A stretch of 64,000 nucleotides of DNA from an uncultured Chloroflexia bacterium (GCA_963765765.1 CAVXYC010000032.1:160001-224000), one strand, 5' to 3'. Shown: positions 11,609 to 23,427, numbered from the stretch's first letter. Numbers and translations: made by a program. The notes: generated by a model not told the origin, from the sequence alone.

Positions 11609-12745
11609 TCAGTACGTGCCGAGTAGGCCCGCTCGCCGCTTCGCCGCGAGCACGCGACGAACTGAATCATCCAGCCGTTCCTGGCTGATGCGGCCACCGA
11701 TCTCGCTCAGCACCGCATGCACCATGCGCCGTTGTCGTTCGATTGGTCCGACAACGATGAGGATGTCCGTGCCCGCTTCGATCGCCTGAATCGCGGCCTC
11801 GCCTGATTCGAACCGGCCGGTGATGGCCTGCATTGCGCCCATATCATCGCTGAGCACCAGGCCGTTGAAACCAAGCTCGTTGCGTAGAAGCCCCGTGACG
11901 ATTGCTGGCGAGAGACTGGCTGGACGCTCGGTCGTGCTGTCCAGGGAGGGGTAGCTCACGTGAGCGGTCATGATTGCCGCGACGTCGGACTGAATCGCAC
12001 TCCTGAACGGCGTGAGCTCAATGGCGTCGAGCGTCGCTCTATCACGACTTACCACTGGTAGCGTCTCATGCGAGTCCTCAAGACTGTTGCCGTGTCCCGG
12101 AAAATGTTTGCCGACTGCCAAAACACCCTGTGACTGCAGTCCGGCGATATATGCGGAACCGAGCGCCGCGGCGGTAGTAGCTGAGCTGCTGAACGAGCGA
12201 TTGCCAATCACTTCATTCGCCGGGTTGTCCCAGACGTCCAGTACAGGCCCCAGGCTCATGTGAACGCCCATTGCCGCGAGCTCGCGACCGTGGATGTCGC
12301 CACGACGCTGCGCCTCAGCAACTGCACGGTCCAGCGGCTCGATCTGCCCCACTTCGAATGCAGGGCCGAACACGGTCGTACCCTGTTTAATACGCTGTAC
12401 CAGTCCGCCCTCATGGTCGATTGCAACGAGGGGTGGCAGCGTCCCACTATCCGCGGCCAGCGTCTGGAGCGCGGTGGTCAAGAAGCGCGCGGAGTCAGCT
12501 GAGGTTGCGTTGGAGAGAAGCGCGATTCCACCGGCGCGTAGCTCGCCGATAACCGGATCCGCGCCGTTGACGCCGGGTCCTTCAAAGCCCAGCAGAAAGA
12601 GCTGACCTACTTTTTCGGCTGTTGAAAGAGAGTCAAGCATGACGTCGTCAGCCAATGTGTCAGTGCGCGCCGAACCACGAACAGATCCGAAGACAAGGAC
12701 GGCCAGGAGTACTGCTCCGACCGTGAATGCGAGCCACCGTTTCAT
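11609..12745 (-). CDS. nagZ: GH3 beta-N-acetylhexosaminidase, secreted
   Basis: AIDHEGGLV, IGNRSF, KHFPGHG...DSH, IMTAHV and LSDDMG; N-terminal signal peptide. Confidence 0.88.
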   Translation of the reverse strand: MKRWLAFTVGAVLLAVLVFGSVRGSARTDTLADDVMLDSLSTAEKVGQLFLLGFEGPGVNGADPVIGELRAGGIALLSNATSADSARFLTTALQTLAADSGTLPPLVAIDHEGGLVQRIKQGTTVFGPAFEVGQIEPLDRAVAEAQRRGDIHGRELAAMGVHMSLGPVLDVWDNPANEVIGNRSFSSSATTAAALGSAYIAGLQSQGVLAVGKHFPGHGNSLEDSHETLPVVSRDRATLDAIELTPFRSAIQSDVAAIMTAHVSYPSLDSTTERPASLSPAIVTGLLRNELGFNGLVLSDDMGAMQAITGRFESGEAAIQAIEAGTDILIVVGPIERQRRMVHAVLSEIGGRISQERLDDSVRRVLAAKRRAGLLGTY

Positions 12746-13156
12746 TCCTGAAACGATACTCTCCCACGGACCTAGCCCGCAGAGATGTGGATTCCAGCGA
12801 GCGAGGGAAGCTACGGCTTTGTGCTGAACGCCGCGTTCTTTGAGACCACCGGATTTGGGACCTTTTGGACGCGGCAGTGAAGGCGCTCAAGGTGCTGGTT
12901 TCGCGGTCAATCGCCCGCGTATTCACGGTCGACTTCGCAAAACCCGATCTGAGCACGCACACCGGGCGCCAGCCGGTGAGGGAGTAGGCCTCCGCTTTCG
13001 GATTGACCAGGACGTCGATGTGGCGCTTGCCATCGCGCCAAGACACCCGGTAAGCAGAAACGGGCGAAACTGACGCTAAGCCAGCGTGGACTCCATGGTG
13101 TCAAGCTGCTTTGCTCGACGGTGTGCGGCTGCTTGTCCATTGATCGAACAATTTGC

Positions 13157-13771
13157 CTATCGGTCCAACGCTCTCTGGAGCTCCTGTTCCAATTGCGCAG
13201 CCGACGTGAAATGTATTCCCTGCCAGCCACGTCGCAGGGCTCCTGCTACGTTGGGCATGGAGTCATCGATCAGCAAGAGATTCCCGGGAGGCACACCTAG
13301 CTTGCTCTCCACGCCTCGAAACACGATTTCCTCGGGCTTCGTGGCGTCGAACATGGCCGAGACGAATATTTCATCAAACTCTCGACCCACGTCACTGAGG
13401 TCATGCGTGAGAGCATCCAGTAGCACGGGACCGTTGTTCGTGAGAATGGCGGTCCGCAGCCGGAGTCGTACCGCTCGTGCAATCGCAATCACGTCGGGAT
13501 GCGGTTCGAACGCCCTACACCACAGTGAACGGTAAGTCGGGTAATCGCACGGGAGCCCGAGAGCTGCTACTGCAAGTTCGTACTCTGCATCCCGTGTGAG
13601 CTGGCCGCGGTCAGCCAGGTCAATGAGACCGCAGTCGTCGAGACGTAGCGCGACTTCATCTGGCGGGAGACCGCTCGCGTCGCTCAGCGCATACAGTCGG
13701 CGCTTCGGCGAGAATTCGCACAGCACGCCGCCAAGGTCGAAGACAACGAGCTCGGGATTCATAGGCTTCAT
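13157..13771 (-). CDS. HAD-superfamily phosphatase (YihX-like)
   Basis: VVFDLGGVL, ILTNN, KPEE and IDDSMPNV. Confidence 0.88.
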   Translation of the reverse strand: MKPMNPELVVFDLGGVLCEFSPKRRLYALSDASGLPPDEVALRLDDCGLIDLADRGQLTRDAEYELAVAALGLPCDYPTYRSLWCRAFEPHPDVIAIARAVRLRLRTAILTNNGPVLLDALTHDLSDVGREFDEIFVSAMFDATKPEEIVFRGVESKLGVPPGNLLLIDDSMPNVAGALRRGWQGIHFTSAAQLEQELQRALDR

Positions 13772-13908
13772 TCACCCGCTTCCATAATGTTCAAGTCGGG
13801 CATTGAACACGCCGACGGCGTCGCTCGTATCGTCGAGTCAAACGTTACCTAAGAATGGCACATCTATACTTCCTAGAGACGAGCGATGCGAGGAGCATGT
13901 GAATAGTC

Positions 13909-14403
13909 ATGAGTGAGCAACCGGAGTGGGTCCCGGTCATCGTTGAGATTCCGCGGGGCAGCAGGAATAAGTACGAGCTCGACAAGGAGACCGGCCGCAT
14001 CTTCCTCGATCGTGTGCTTTACTCCTCCGTTCACTATCCCACGGATTACGGATTCATCCCCGAGACGCTGGCTGACGACGGTGATCCTGTGGATGTACTC
14101 ATCGTCATCAATGAGCCAACGTTCCCAGGCTGTCTCGTGCATGCTCGCCCGATAGGCGTTCTCGACATGCGCGACGAGAAGGGCCATGACCATAAGGTGC
14201 TGGCCGTGCCAATTGGAGATCCACGCTTCGAAGAAGTGTGCAAGCTCTCGGACCTCTCGGCTCACTGGCTGCTGGAGATCGAGAATTTCTTTCAGCACTA
14301 CAAGATGCTCGAGGACAAGTTCACGGAAGTGGTTGGCTGGGAGAGCCAGGACGTCGCCTGGAAGATCATCCGCGAAGGCTACGACCGGTTCGTGCCGCAC
14401 TGA
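13909..14403 (+). CDS. ppa: family I inorganic pyrophosphatase
   Basis: EIPRGSRNKYE, YPTDYGFIP, DGDPVDVL and DEKGHDHK. Confidence 0.96.
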   Translation: MSEQPEWVPVIVEIPRGSRNKYELDKETGRIFLDRVLYSSVHYPTDYGFIPETLADDGDPVDVLIVINEPTFPGCLVHARPIGVLDMRDEKGHDHKVLAVPIGDPRFEEVCKLSDLSAHWLLEIENFFQHYKMLEDKFTEVVGWESQDVAWKIIREGYDRFVPH

Positions 14404-14600
14404 TTCGGTAGCGGACTTGATCGCAAAGGATGTGGAGTAAGCGTCCAGCTTGCGTTCTCTGCGCCCGATCTCGCTCAACGCTACGCATTCGGAACCGGGC
14501 ACTGCGATCATATCCGTTGATGTGGCATGCGCTGCCGAGACAAGCACGCTATGCTGTGCAGCGTCCTAGCACCCGCGGGAGCGGCTATGACGGAGGAGTC

Positions 14601-15422
14601 ATGGACCACGCAAGTCGATTCACATTTTCCAGCCCGAACTCTTGGCCGCTTGAGCAATCTCTCGGAGTGGGCCGCCGAGCATCGTTTTACGCGCGTCGAT
14701 TTCAACGCCGATGGTGCGCCCAATTACCCGGGCACATTCACTCCAGAGCGGATCAATAATGTGCGCGAGCGCGCCGCGGCCGACGGCGTGACAATCGGGA
14801 TCCACACGTCATCAGGCGTCAATATGGCCGAGATCACGCCGGTGATGGCGGCAGCCGCGGACCGATACGTCGTGGAGAATTTCCATCTTGCGAGGGACCT
14901 CGGTTGCAGCTATCTCGTGTGTCATGGCGGGTTTCACTTCAGCTCGGACGTAGAGCCGCGGTTTGAGGCAAGTATGGCGCGGGCCGAGAAGATGATTCAT
15001 CAGGCAGAAGCGCATAGTCTCGATATCTATTTCGAGAACCACAATTGGGAGCCCGAGCACGCCGAGATCCATTACATCCCGCACACTGTTGCCGAGACCC
15101 GACGGTATTTCGAGCGCTTTAATTCGCCGCGCTTCAAGTGGGCCTGCAATATCGGCCATGCGGCGCTCGTACCTGACAACTGGACGGGATTTCTGGACGC
15201 GTTCGGCACTGATCGCATCGGCCACGTGCGGCTTCATGATACGCACGGAAATACGAAGAGCACTTGCTTCCAGGCCGCGGCATCATCGATTTCCGAGCCG
15301 TGTTTACTCGCCTGAATGAAGGCGGCTACACGGGGCCGTTCACCCTCGACTTCGGCACGCCCGACGATCGAGCCCGCGGCCGCGATCAGTTTGCCGCTCT
15401 CCTGGAGGAGCTGGACGGCTAA
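14601..15422 (+). CDS. sugar phosphate isomerase/epimerase (xylose-isomerase-like TIM barrel); frameshifts near 14663 and 15250
   Basis: GGAGGAG RBS before ATG 14601; IYFENH, NIGHA and HVRLHDTHG; shifted tail EEHLLPGRGIIDF...YTGPFTLD ends at TAA 15422. Confidence 0.8.
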
Positions 15423-15465
15423 CTACCACAAGCACGTTGAAACACCGCCACAAGCGTAGAGAGAG

Positions 15466-16650
15466 TTAGGAGCCGGACGCTTCGCGGAGGAGCTGCCGCG
15501 CGATTACCAGGCGCTGGATCTCGTTGGTCCCTTCGCCGATGATCATGAGCGGGGCATCGCGGTAGTAGCGCTCCACCGGGAGATCCTGGGTGTAGCCGTA
15601 GCCGCCATGGATACGCATGCACTCGGTGGCCACGGTGAGTGCGGTTTCGCTGGCGAAGAGCTTGGCCATGCCGGCCTGGAGGTCGGCGCGCTCGCCGCGA
15701 TCTTTTGTCTCGGCAGCATCCTTGACCAGCAGCCTGGCGGCTTGCACGCTGGTCGCCATATCCGCCAGCTTGAGCTGAATGGCCTGATGCTCGGATATGG
15801 GCTTGCCGAAGGTTTGACGCTGACGGGCGTACTTCAGCGCCGCTTCTAATGCAGCCTGGGCTACACCCACCGCGCGTGAGGCCACATTGATTCGACCAAC
15901 TTCAAGCCCGCTCATGACGTATTTGAAGCCAAGTCCCTCCTGCCCCAGCAGGCTGCTTCCTGGCACACGGCAATCCTGGAAGACCAGCTCGCACGTCTCC
16001 ACACCCTTGTAACCAAGCTTTTGGAGATCGCGCGCCACGCTGAAGCCCGGCGTCCCGGCCTCTACCATAAGTATGCTGATACCCAGATACGCGGGCTGGA
16101 CAGACTTGTCGGTCTTACACAGAACCGCGAAGATCTTGCCGCGACGACCGTTGGTGATGAATAGCTTGCCGCCGTTGATGACATAGTCGTCGCCATCACG
16201 TACGGCCGTTGTCTCGATGGACTGGAGGTCGCTCCCAGCGCCTGGCTCAGTAAGGCAAATGGCCGCGCGGCGCTCTCCCAGGACCAAGTCCGGCAGATAG
16301 CGCTGCCGCATCTCGTCTGAGCCGAACTGCTCCAGCATGTAAGCAACGAGCAGATGCGTGTTCAGGACGCCGGTGAGGCTCATCCAGCCGCGCGCCAGCT
16401 CCTCCACGATCTGGGCATACACCGTCATCGGCAAGCCGAGCCCGCCCCAACTCGGCCCAATAGTCGCGCCGAAGAGGCCTAGCTCGCGCATCTGGTCGAT
16501 CAGCGCCTGCGGATACTCATCGCGATGCTCGAGCTCGGAGGCAACGGGCATCACCTCGTTATCGACGAAGCGGCGGACTTCGCGAATGAGCAAGGTGGCG
16601 GTATGGCTGTCCATGGTCATCGCCGGCTGAGGGAGCACGGAGCGGATCAA
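15466..16650 (-). CDS. acyl-CoA dehydrogenase
   Basis: [36 protein letters not shown] and IGEGTNEIQ; start overlaps the malate synthase stop (alternative ATG at 16620). Confidence 0.93.
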   Translation of the reverse strand: MIRSVLPQPAMTMDSHTATLLIREVRRFVDNEVMPVASELEHRDEYPQALIDQMRELGLFGATIGPSWGGLGLPMTVYAQIVEELARGWMSLTGVLNTHLLVAYMLEQFGSDEMRQRYLPDLVLGERRAAICLTEPGAGSDLQSIETTAVRDGDDYVINGGKLFITNGRRGKIFAVLCKTDKSVQPAYLGISILMVEAGTPGFSVARDLQKLGYKGVETCELVFQDCRVPGSSLLGQEGLGFKYVMSGLEVGRINVASRAVGVAQAALEAALKYARQRQTFGKPISEHQAIQLKLADMATSVQAARLLVKDAAETKDRGERADLQAGMAKLFASETALTVATECMRIHGGYGYTQDLPVERYYRDAPLMIIGEGTNEIQRLVIARQLLREASGS

Positions 16651-18242
16651 TCGAGGTACTCGTACGCCGGAATGGTCAGAAACTCGATGTACTCGTCCGC
16701 GAGGGCGACGCTCTCGAAGATCGTCGCGGCCTCTTTGAAGCGACCCTCTTCGTAGGCGGCGCTGCCGAGAGCCTCACGGAGATTGCTGAGCTCTTCCGCT
16801 TCCAGCGAGCGGACAAGCTCCCTGGTCACGGTCCGACCATCGTCCAGCTTCGTGCCGTGGCGGATCCACTGCCAGAGCTGGGATCTAGATATCTCTGCCG
16901 TGGCAGCGTCTTCCATCAGGTTGTTGATTGCAGCGGCGCCCACACCGCGCAGCCACGATTCGATGTACTGGATCCCCACACTGATGTTGGTTCGCACGCC
17001 GACTTCGGTCACCGTGCCGCCGGGGATGGTTAGATCGATCAGACTGGCGGCGTTTGGTGTGACGTCTTCTCGGAGGCGGTCAACCTGGTTCGGGCGCTCA
17101 CCCAGCGCGTTCTGGAAGACCTCCTGCGCAACGGGGACGAGATCGGGGTGTGCGACCCAGGTGCCGTCGAACCCGTCGCCGGACTCGCGTGTCTTGTCAT
17201 CCCGCACGCGCGCGAGTGCGTTCTCGGTGACCTCCGCGTCGCGCCGATTCGGAATGAACGCGGCCATTCCGCCAATGGCATGCGCGCCACGCCGATGGCA
17301 GGCGCGCACGAGCATCTCAGTGTAGGCGCGCATGAAGGGCGCGGTCATGGTGACCTGCGCACGATCAGGAAGTACCTTGTCCGGCCGATCGGCGAATTTC
17401 TTGATTGCGCTGAACATGTAGTCCCAGCGGCCCGCGTTGAGACCTGAGCTGTGGTCGCGCAGCTCGTAGAGGATCTCCTCCATCTCAAATGCAGCCAGAA
17501 TGGTCTCAATGAGGACAGTGGCACGGTATGTCCCGATAGGCGCGCCCAAATACGCCTGGGCAAGGACAAAGGCATCGTTCCAGAGCCGAGCTTCCAGATG
17601 GCTCTCCATCTTTGGTAGATAGAAATACGGTGCTGAGCCGCGCGCCATAAGCCGCTGGGTATTGTGGAAGACGTAGAGGCCGAAATCGAACAGGCTGGCT
17701 GACATCGGTTCGCCGTCGACGAGTAGGTGTTTCTCCACCAGGTGCCAGCCGCGCGGACGGACGAGCAGGGTGGCCACCGAATCGTTAAGCTCATAAACAC
17801 GGCCATCCGGATTGAGAAACTCAATGGTGCGGTCGTTGGCATCGATCAAGTTGATCTGGCCGTCGATCATGTTGTCCCAGGTGGGCGTGTTGGCGTCCTC
17901 GAAGTCGGCCATGAAGACGTTGGCGCCGCAGTTCAGCGCGTTGATGACCATCTTGCGGTCTGTGGGACCGGTGATCTCCACCCAGCGCTTCTGAAGATCG
18001 GACGGAGCCGTCGCGACGCGCCAGTCGCCGCTTCGGACCGCGCTCGTGGCCGCGAGAAAGTCGGGAAGCTCCCCTTCACGGATGCGCTTCGCGCGATCTG
18101 CCCTGGCCTGGAGGAGCGCTTTGCGGCGGGGCCCTAGCTCACGCTGAAGCTTGGCCAGAAAAGCAAGGGCTTCCGATGACAGAATCTGGGCGAATTCACC
18201 ATCTGCCCGCCCGCGCACCTCAACGCCGTCAACTGCGGCCAT
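16647..18242 (-). CDS. aceB: malate synthase A
   Basis: [40 protein letters not shown] and [12 protein letters not shown]; GGAGG RBS before ATG 18242. Confidence 0.96.
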   Translation of the reverse strand: MAAVDGVEVRGRADGEFAQILSSEALAFLAKLQRELGPRRKALLQARADRAKRIREGELPDFLAATSAVRSGDWRVATAPSDLQKRWVEITGPTDRKMVINALNCGANVFMADFEDANTPTWDNMIDGQINLIDANDRTIEFLNPDGRVYELNDSVATLLVRPRGWHLVEKHLLVDGEPMSASLFDFGLYVFHNTQRLMARGSAPYFYLPKMESHLEARLWNDAFVLAQAYLGAPIGTYRATVLIETILAAFEMEEILYELRDHSSGLNAGRWDYMFSAIKKFADRPDKVLPDRAQVTMTAPFMRAYTEMLVRACHRRGAHAIGGMAAFIPNRRDAEVTENALARVRDDKTRESGDGFDGTWVAHPDLVPVAQEVFQNALGERPNQVDRLREDVTPNAASLIDLTIPGGTVTEVGVRTNISVGIQYIESWLRGVGAAAINNLMEDAATAEISRSQLWQWIRHGTKLDDGRTVTRELVRSLEAEELSNLREALGSAAYEEGRFKEAATIFESVALADEYIEFLTIPAYEYLD

Positions 18243-18321
18243 TGCATCTTCCTCCGTGTCAGCCATCCGTGGCTTCACTTGTACCCCACCCGCGCCGCCC
18301 GCGCGCATCCCGCGCGCTCGT

Positions 18322-18337
18322 CGGCACGGCTCATGCG
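18322..18337 (+). promoter_or_regulatory. candidate sigma54 -24/-12 promoter
   Basis: CGGCACGGCTCATGCG (GG-N10-GC), about 75 nt before the 18412 start. Confidence 0.4.
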
Positions 18338-18411
18338 ATGGATATAGCTGCGGTTGGAGCCCAACAAAGTGGACTCTTTCGCGCAGCCATGTTCGGCAAA
18401 ACGGAGAAACC

Positions 18412-18816
18412 ATGAACGTGCAACGCCTGGACCAGGAGATCAAAGTGGACATGGCTGTCCAGACCGCTGAAGGCTCGGAGCTAGGCACGGTGGCCGAGGT
18501 CTGGCCAGACGTAGGAGTAGGTGAGAGCTGGGGCGCAGTGGGGTCCATCCCACAGCGCGAGGCAGAAGCCACCGATGTCTCACAGTACGCCTTTAGCGAA
18601 TCGATGCCTGGCGAGGGCGACAGCTACTTCCGAGTCCGTACGAAGGACGGTGACGACCTGTATATTCCATTCGCAGCAGTCAGTCAGGCTGAGGGCGGGG
18701 TGGTCACCGTTGCTGTGGACGAAGCCAGCGTGCCAGGCATGCAGTGGGACGTCATGCCTGACTTCATCAATATCAAATCCGAGCCCGATAGCCAGGGCGG
18801 CCCGCACGTGGCTTGA
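18412..18816 (+). CDS. PRC-barrel-like / DUF2171-like general stress protein
   Basis: [18 protein letters not shown]...[10 protein letters not shown] pattern; GGAG RBS. Confidence 0.65.
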   Translation: MNVQRLDQEIKVDMAVQTAEGSELGTVAEVWPDVGVGESWGAVGSIPQREAEATDVSQYAFSESMPGEGDSYFRVRTKDGDDLYIPFAAVSQAEGGVVTVAVDEASVPGMQWDVMPDFINIKSEPDSQGGPHVA

Positions 18817-18828
18817 GGAGTGACCGTC

Positions 18829-19422
18829 ATGTCAGATGAGACTCTGGATCGCAGCGCGGAACGATACGCCGAGCGATTTTCTCGCTACAACTTGGTTGCT
18901 GTTGTCAACAACCTGGACAATGCGCAGAGAGTTGCTCAACACGCTGAGTCGTCAGGGTATCGAAGCAACTAAGACATCGTTGTTGGGACCGGCCGCGGAG
19001 AGACGCCGAGCAGACCCTTGATCCAAACGCGAAGGATCGCGGAGTTATTGCCGACGTGACCAAGAATACCGCGGTAGGATCAGTTGCCGGCGGCGCCGCG
19101 GGCGGCCTGGCGGGATTTCTGGCGGGACTTGGCGCGTTTGCCATTCCGGGAATTGGCCCGGCCGTGGGCACCGCACTGTGGATCGGCACGGTAGGGCGGT
19201 GCGGTCATTGGCAGTGGAGTGGGCGGGATGCTGGGGGGAGTGGCCACCATCAATGACAGCGAAGCGTGGGAGCTGACCTATCAGCTTCAGGAGGGCCGTG
19301 CCCTGGTGGGCGTCCACAGCGACGATCGCGACGACATCGAGCGCGCCCGCAAGGTCTTCGATGGCGAGAATGTCGTGAGTATCGGTGAGTTCGACGAGAA
19401 CGGGAAGCGAGCCGGCAGTTAA
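18829..19422 (+). CDS. general stress membrane protein (YflT/DUF1269-like, glycine-zipper); several frameshifts
   Basis: GAGGAG RBS; GSVAGGAAGGLAGFLAGLGAFAIPGIGP and YQLQEGRALVGVH spread over three frames. Confidence 0.72.
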
Positions 19423-19478
19423 GAGCGAAAAGTTAAGACTAGCTGCGGTCCGCCATCCGTGTCACTTTCGCTCTTAAC
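19418..19478. terminator. 13-bp inverted repeat after the stress gene
   Basis: GTTAAGAGCGAAA ... TTTCGCTCTTAAC. Confidence 0.35.
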
Positions 19479-19512
19479 CGACGAGGGGCGCGTTACCATT
19501 CACTGAGGTGCC

Positions 19513-20475
19513 GTGATGAGTGTGCTCAGTGGATTGCCAAAGCGCGTGCGGGTTGTGGAAGTTGGCCCGCGTGACGGGCTTCAAAACGAAGCGGCCGACG
19601 TACCGACTCGGGCAAAAATAGAGCTCATCGAGCAGCTCGCCGCGGCCGGGTTGGACACCGTGGAATCTGGCTCTTTTGTCCATCCCAAAGCGGTGCCGCG
19701 CATGGCTGATACAGCGGAGGTGCTAGCAGGCATCTCACGCCGCCAGGGTGTGCGTTACCCGGTGCTGGTACCCAACGAGCGTGGACTCGAGCGAGCGGTA
19801 GAGGCGGGGGTCAAGGAGATTGCCGTCTTCACCGCGGCCAGCGACGCGTTCAATCAGCGCAATATCCGCATGACGATTGACGAGTCATTTGATGCCATCA
19901 CCGCCGTGACCCGCGGCGCCAAGGCCGCCGGCATGTGGGTGCGCGGATACATCTCAACGTGTTTCGGCTGTCCGTATCAGGGAGAAGTGACTCCGGAAGC
20001 GGTGCTCGATGTGGTGAAACGGCTGGACGATCTGGGCATTGCCGAGATCTCGCTGGGCGACACGATCGGTATTGCGACACCGCGAGATGTTGAGCCAGTG
20101 ATCGAGCTCGTTCTGAAGCATCTGCCAATCGATCGCCTGGCGCTTCACTTTCACGATACGCGGGGAACTGCCCTCGCCAATACTCTCACGGCCCTCCAGA
20201 TGGGATGCTGGATCTTCGATTCGTCGGCCGGCGGATTGGGCGGCTGTCCATTCGCTCCCGGCGCAGCGGGCAACCTGGCCACAGAAGACCTGCTCTATCT
20301 CCTACATGGATTGGGGATCGAGACTGGAGTTGATCTTGCCGCGGTCGTGGCGGCATCGGCAGGCATTGCGCGGCACCTGGATCACCCGCTGACCAGCAAG
20401 GTCTATCAGGCGATGCGGGCGGCTGAGGGTAGAGCCACTGAGGCTATTGATGCGTTCGCGAGGTCCTCACCTTAA
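19513..20475 (+). CDS. hydroxymethylglutaryl-CoA lyase family protein
   Basis: VEVGPRDGLQNE, FGCPYQG, LGDTIG, LHFHDTRG and GLGGCPFAPGAAGNLATED. Confidence 0.93.
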   Translation: MMSVLSGLPKRVRVVEVGPRDGLQNEAADVPTRAKIELIEQLAAAGLDTVESGSFVHPKAVPRMADTAEVLAGISRRQGVRYPVLVPNERGLERAVEAGVKEIAVFTAASDAFNQRNIRMTIDESFDAITAVTRGAKAAGMWVRGYISTCFGCPYQGEVTPEAVLDVVKRLDDLGIAEISLGDTIGIATPRDVEPVIELVLKHLPIDRLALHFHDTRGTALANTLTALQMGCWIFDSSAGGLGGCPFAPGAAGNLATEDLLYLLHGLGIETGVDLAAVVAASAGIARHLDHPLTSKVYQAMRAAEGRATEAIDAFARSSP

Positions 20476-20571
20476 CCCTTTCCCAAAGGGCGAGGTAACG
20501 GATCAAGCCCGATATCGCCGACGCTGTTCCCTTGACCTTTGGGAAAGGGTTAGGGTGAGGACCTCGCGAAC
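20454..20571. repeat. REP-like inverted doublet (CCTCACCCTAACCCT-type)
   Basis: 36-bp arms 20454-20489 and 20536-20571 with one mismatch, between convergent genes. Confidence 0.75.
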
Positions 20572-20587
20572 AAACCTAGCGCCGACC

Positions 20588-21965
20588 TTACGGCCATGCC
20601 GCAGCATGCGTCCCCAGAGGAACAGGCGGTCGCTCCCAGTACGCGCGGTGTTTCTGAGAGATCGATCGCTGGCTTCAGGTGCCTCAGTCGGCCCCATGCG
20701 GTATCTCTTTCGATCGTCAGATCAGACTGGTCGCCAGAACCGCTGGCCTGAGCAGGATCGCATATCGGACCAAGCCGGGCGAACCACATTCCGCTCTGCA
20801 CGAGTGAGGCGCGGACGTGATAGCTGCCGCCTTCGCGCGCCCGCCTGCCGAGCGCTACCATGGTTCCCAGCGCAGCCAGGTAGCCTGTCGTGTAGTCGCA
20901 CGCCGCCACCGGCATGCGAACGGGATGATCAGGTGTCCCCTGTGCTGAGACCAGACCGGTCACCGTCTGAGCAAGCTGCTCCCAGCCCGGACGGCCACGC
21001 CACGGTCCGTGATGGCCGTAGCAATTAATCGAGACATAGATAAGGCCCGGTCGGACGAGCGCAAGCTCCTCCGGTCCGAACCCTCGTCGCTCCATGGAGC
21101 CGGCCCGATATCCCTGGGACACAACGTCCGCGTCAGCGGCCAGCGAGCTAAGGGTGGCGCGATCATCAGCGTCATCGAGGTCGAGATGCGCTGAGGCCTT
21201 CCCTTGGTTCGTGTCCATGAGCCAGAGGTCCGCGTGAGGAAGGTCCCTGGATGCAATGTGAAGCACGTCGGCCCCATAGGATGCGAGCGTTCGCGCATGC
21301 GTCGGTCCCGCCAGGATGCGGGTCACGTCAAGCACTTTCAGTCCGGACAACGGCCTGTCACCGGCTGGCAGTGGCTCCGGATCTGAGTCGGCGAGCTTGA
21401 TGATCTCCACACGTGGCACACCTGCCATGGTCTGGCCCTGCGGGTGCGCGGCCCATTGCTCCGCTGTACGCGCCATAGCGCCGCACATCCGCGCTTCGGC
21501 GAGGGCGTCCTCCAGCGCCTGACCCTCCCAGCGTGCCACGGCCGCGGTGATCGCATCCCGATCGCGAGAGCAGCCCAGGACCTTGAGCGTACCCTCCGCA
21601 AGGTGTGGAAACGCCCCATGGAGGTGCACCCATCGTCCGTCGCTGCAGCGATACAGATCCACCACTGGATTCCCATCCGCGGGACCAAGCGGTGGCGGGC
21701 CGCCATTGACCTGCATGTAACCACTGGCCCTGAGCGAAACAGCCGCGCGGCGCACCTCCACGGTCACTTTCTGGCGTCGGCCCGTCTTCATCTCCCAGAG
21801 ATCTGAGAGGGCGACGCCGCCAGCGGCTAATGCCACGGCCGCCGCTTCACCCACGGGAAATCGGTTCCCCAGAATCGGGTCCTTGCCGATGATCGTCACA
21901 TCATCGTCTGGTGCGGCTTTAAGACCAACTTCACCGAGTAGATCTTGAACGCGTGCGTCGATCAT
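20588..21965 (-). CDS. class III CoA-transferase (CaiB/BaiF family); frameshift near the C-terminus
   Basis: PLSGLKVLDVTRILAGP, ADVVSQGYR and DYTTGYL; shifted tail AYWERPPVPLGTHAAAWP* ends at 20588. Confidence 0.9.
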
Positions 21966-22021
21966 CTGACTTTTCTCCGTGAATGATTGAGGCCTCGCTG
22001 TGCCTGAATTGCGCCTGGCAT

Positions 22022-23231
22022 CTAACCTTCACTATCTTCCTTGATCAGCGAGTCCAGTCGATCCACCGAAGCGCGCGGCAGCTTCATGAATTCGTTGATA
22101 AGTGTCTGCACACGCTCGCCGGGTACAGGATTGGTATCCAGACCAGTGCGGGAAGCTTCCGCCTTGAGCTCGGGATCGTTCAAGGCCAGATTGAGCGCGG
22201 CGCGCATCGTCGTCAATATGTTGGCGGGCATCTCCGGCGGAGTCACGAATGGTCTAGCCCATTGCTGGCTCTGCGCGGCAAGTGCCAGGAGCTGCCGCTT
22301 CTCCAATGGCGCGGAGGCGGCCAGGGTGTCCGCGGTAGGCACGTCGGTCAGCAGGGGGTCCTCGAGGGCCAGCCCAACTTGCACCAGAGGAAGCAGCACG
22401 CGGTTGCGGATGTTATCTCCCGCCGAGGCCAGGTAGGAGTCCCAGCTATTTGACGTGCCGTCCACTTCGCCTCGTTCGATCCCAAGGTAAATTTCGGCGC
22501 TGCCCGGGTAACCAAAGATCGATTCAAGCTTCCAGCCCAGCACCTCCCGGACCACCACGACGACAAGGTGGCGAGGGTCGCCAGGCGTACTCAAGCCCAT
22601 CTTGACGGTCCGACTTTTCAGCTCGTCAAGATTTTTCGTAGTAATACCAGTGCGCTGGTGCACGGCCGGCATGTTGACGCTCTGCGAGGCGCTTCCAAGC
22701 CAGTTGAGCTTGGTTACGTCGTACCTCACTCCATCCTCGGGTCCTCGCCTCGGAGCTGGTTGAACGGAATGTTGAGGTCCACAATTCCCATGGTGAGGCC
22801 GTCAGGCCTGGCGGCGTAGATGAAATTGGTGGCAATGCGATGAACGCCGCCGGGCATGTTCTGCGGGACGACCGTTGGGTTGCCGGGCAGGTGCTTGCCG
22901 AGGTGGCGGGCGATGATCCGGCCCCACGTGTCGTAGCCCCCGCCCGGACTGCTGCCGATGATGAGGTTCAGTGTCTTCCCGGCCCAGACGGGCGCAAGCG
23001 CTGGATCGATTCTCGCGGTGGACTGAGCTGCAGCTACAGGCGAAGCGGCGGGGGACGCAGCCGGTGAAGCTACGGCGGCAGTGACCGGTGAGCTCGACGG
23101 AGCGGAAGTTGAAGCCACCGGTTTAGTGGTGGGGCTCGGCGACGCGACGGTGAGCAGGCGGACAGGAGACCTCCGCCGGAGACGAATGCCAGGTAGCGCA
23201 GCAACTGACGACGGGATGTCCCATGGGGCAT
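22022..23231 (-). CDS. tripartite tricarboxylate transporter (Bug/TctC) substrate-binding lipoprotein with Tat signal; frameshifted
   Basis: MPHGTSRRQLLRYLAFVSGGGLLSAC from 23231; GSSPGGGYD, QNMPGG, PDGLT and YPGSAEIYLGIERGEVDG. Confidence 0.85.
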
Positions 23232-23372
23232 GGCGCACCTCAATGTGGTCCCTGATTCATTCCGAGCTTTGAACTGGTGCTACCGTGGAGACCAGGGATT
23301 CCAGCTTGCGCCATGGTAGTCGGCATCCTCATGGCGGTCAATCGATTGCTGGTTCGCCCTTCTCGGCGGCCT

Positions 23373-23388
23373 CGGTATGCAATGTGCA
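23373..23388 (+). promoter_or_regulatory. candidate sigma54 -24/-12 promoter
   Basis: CGGTATGCAATGTGCA, about 40 nt before the SDR start. Confidence 0.4.
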
Positions 23389-23427
23389 TCTTGGGCGACA
23401 CGCGAATAAGGAGTGAATTGATTCACC

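Noticed and set aside
12770-13140. Possible small frameshifted gene between nagZ and the HAD gene
   Set aside because: No recognisable domain or consistent frame.
20454-20571. Convergent HMG-CoA lyase and CoA-transferase ORFs both end in FARSSP
   Set aside because: Both frames run into the arms of one inverted repeat; the CoA-transferase probably ends at 20588 in a shifted frame, so this is not a shared peptide tag.
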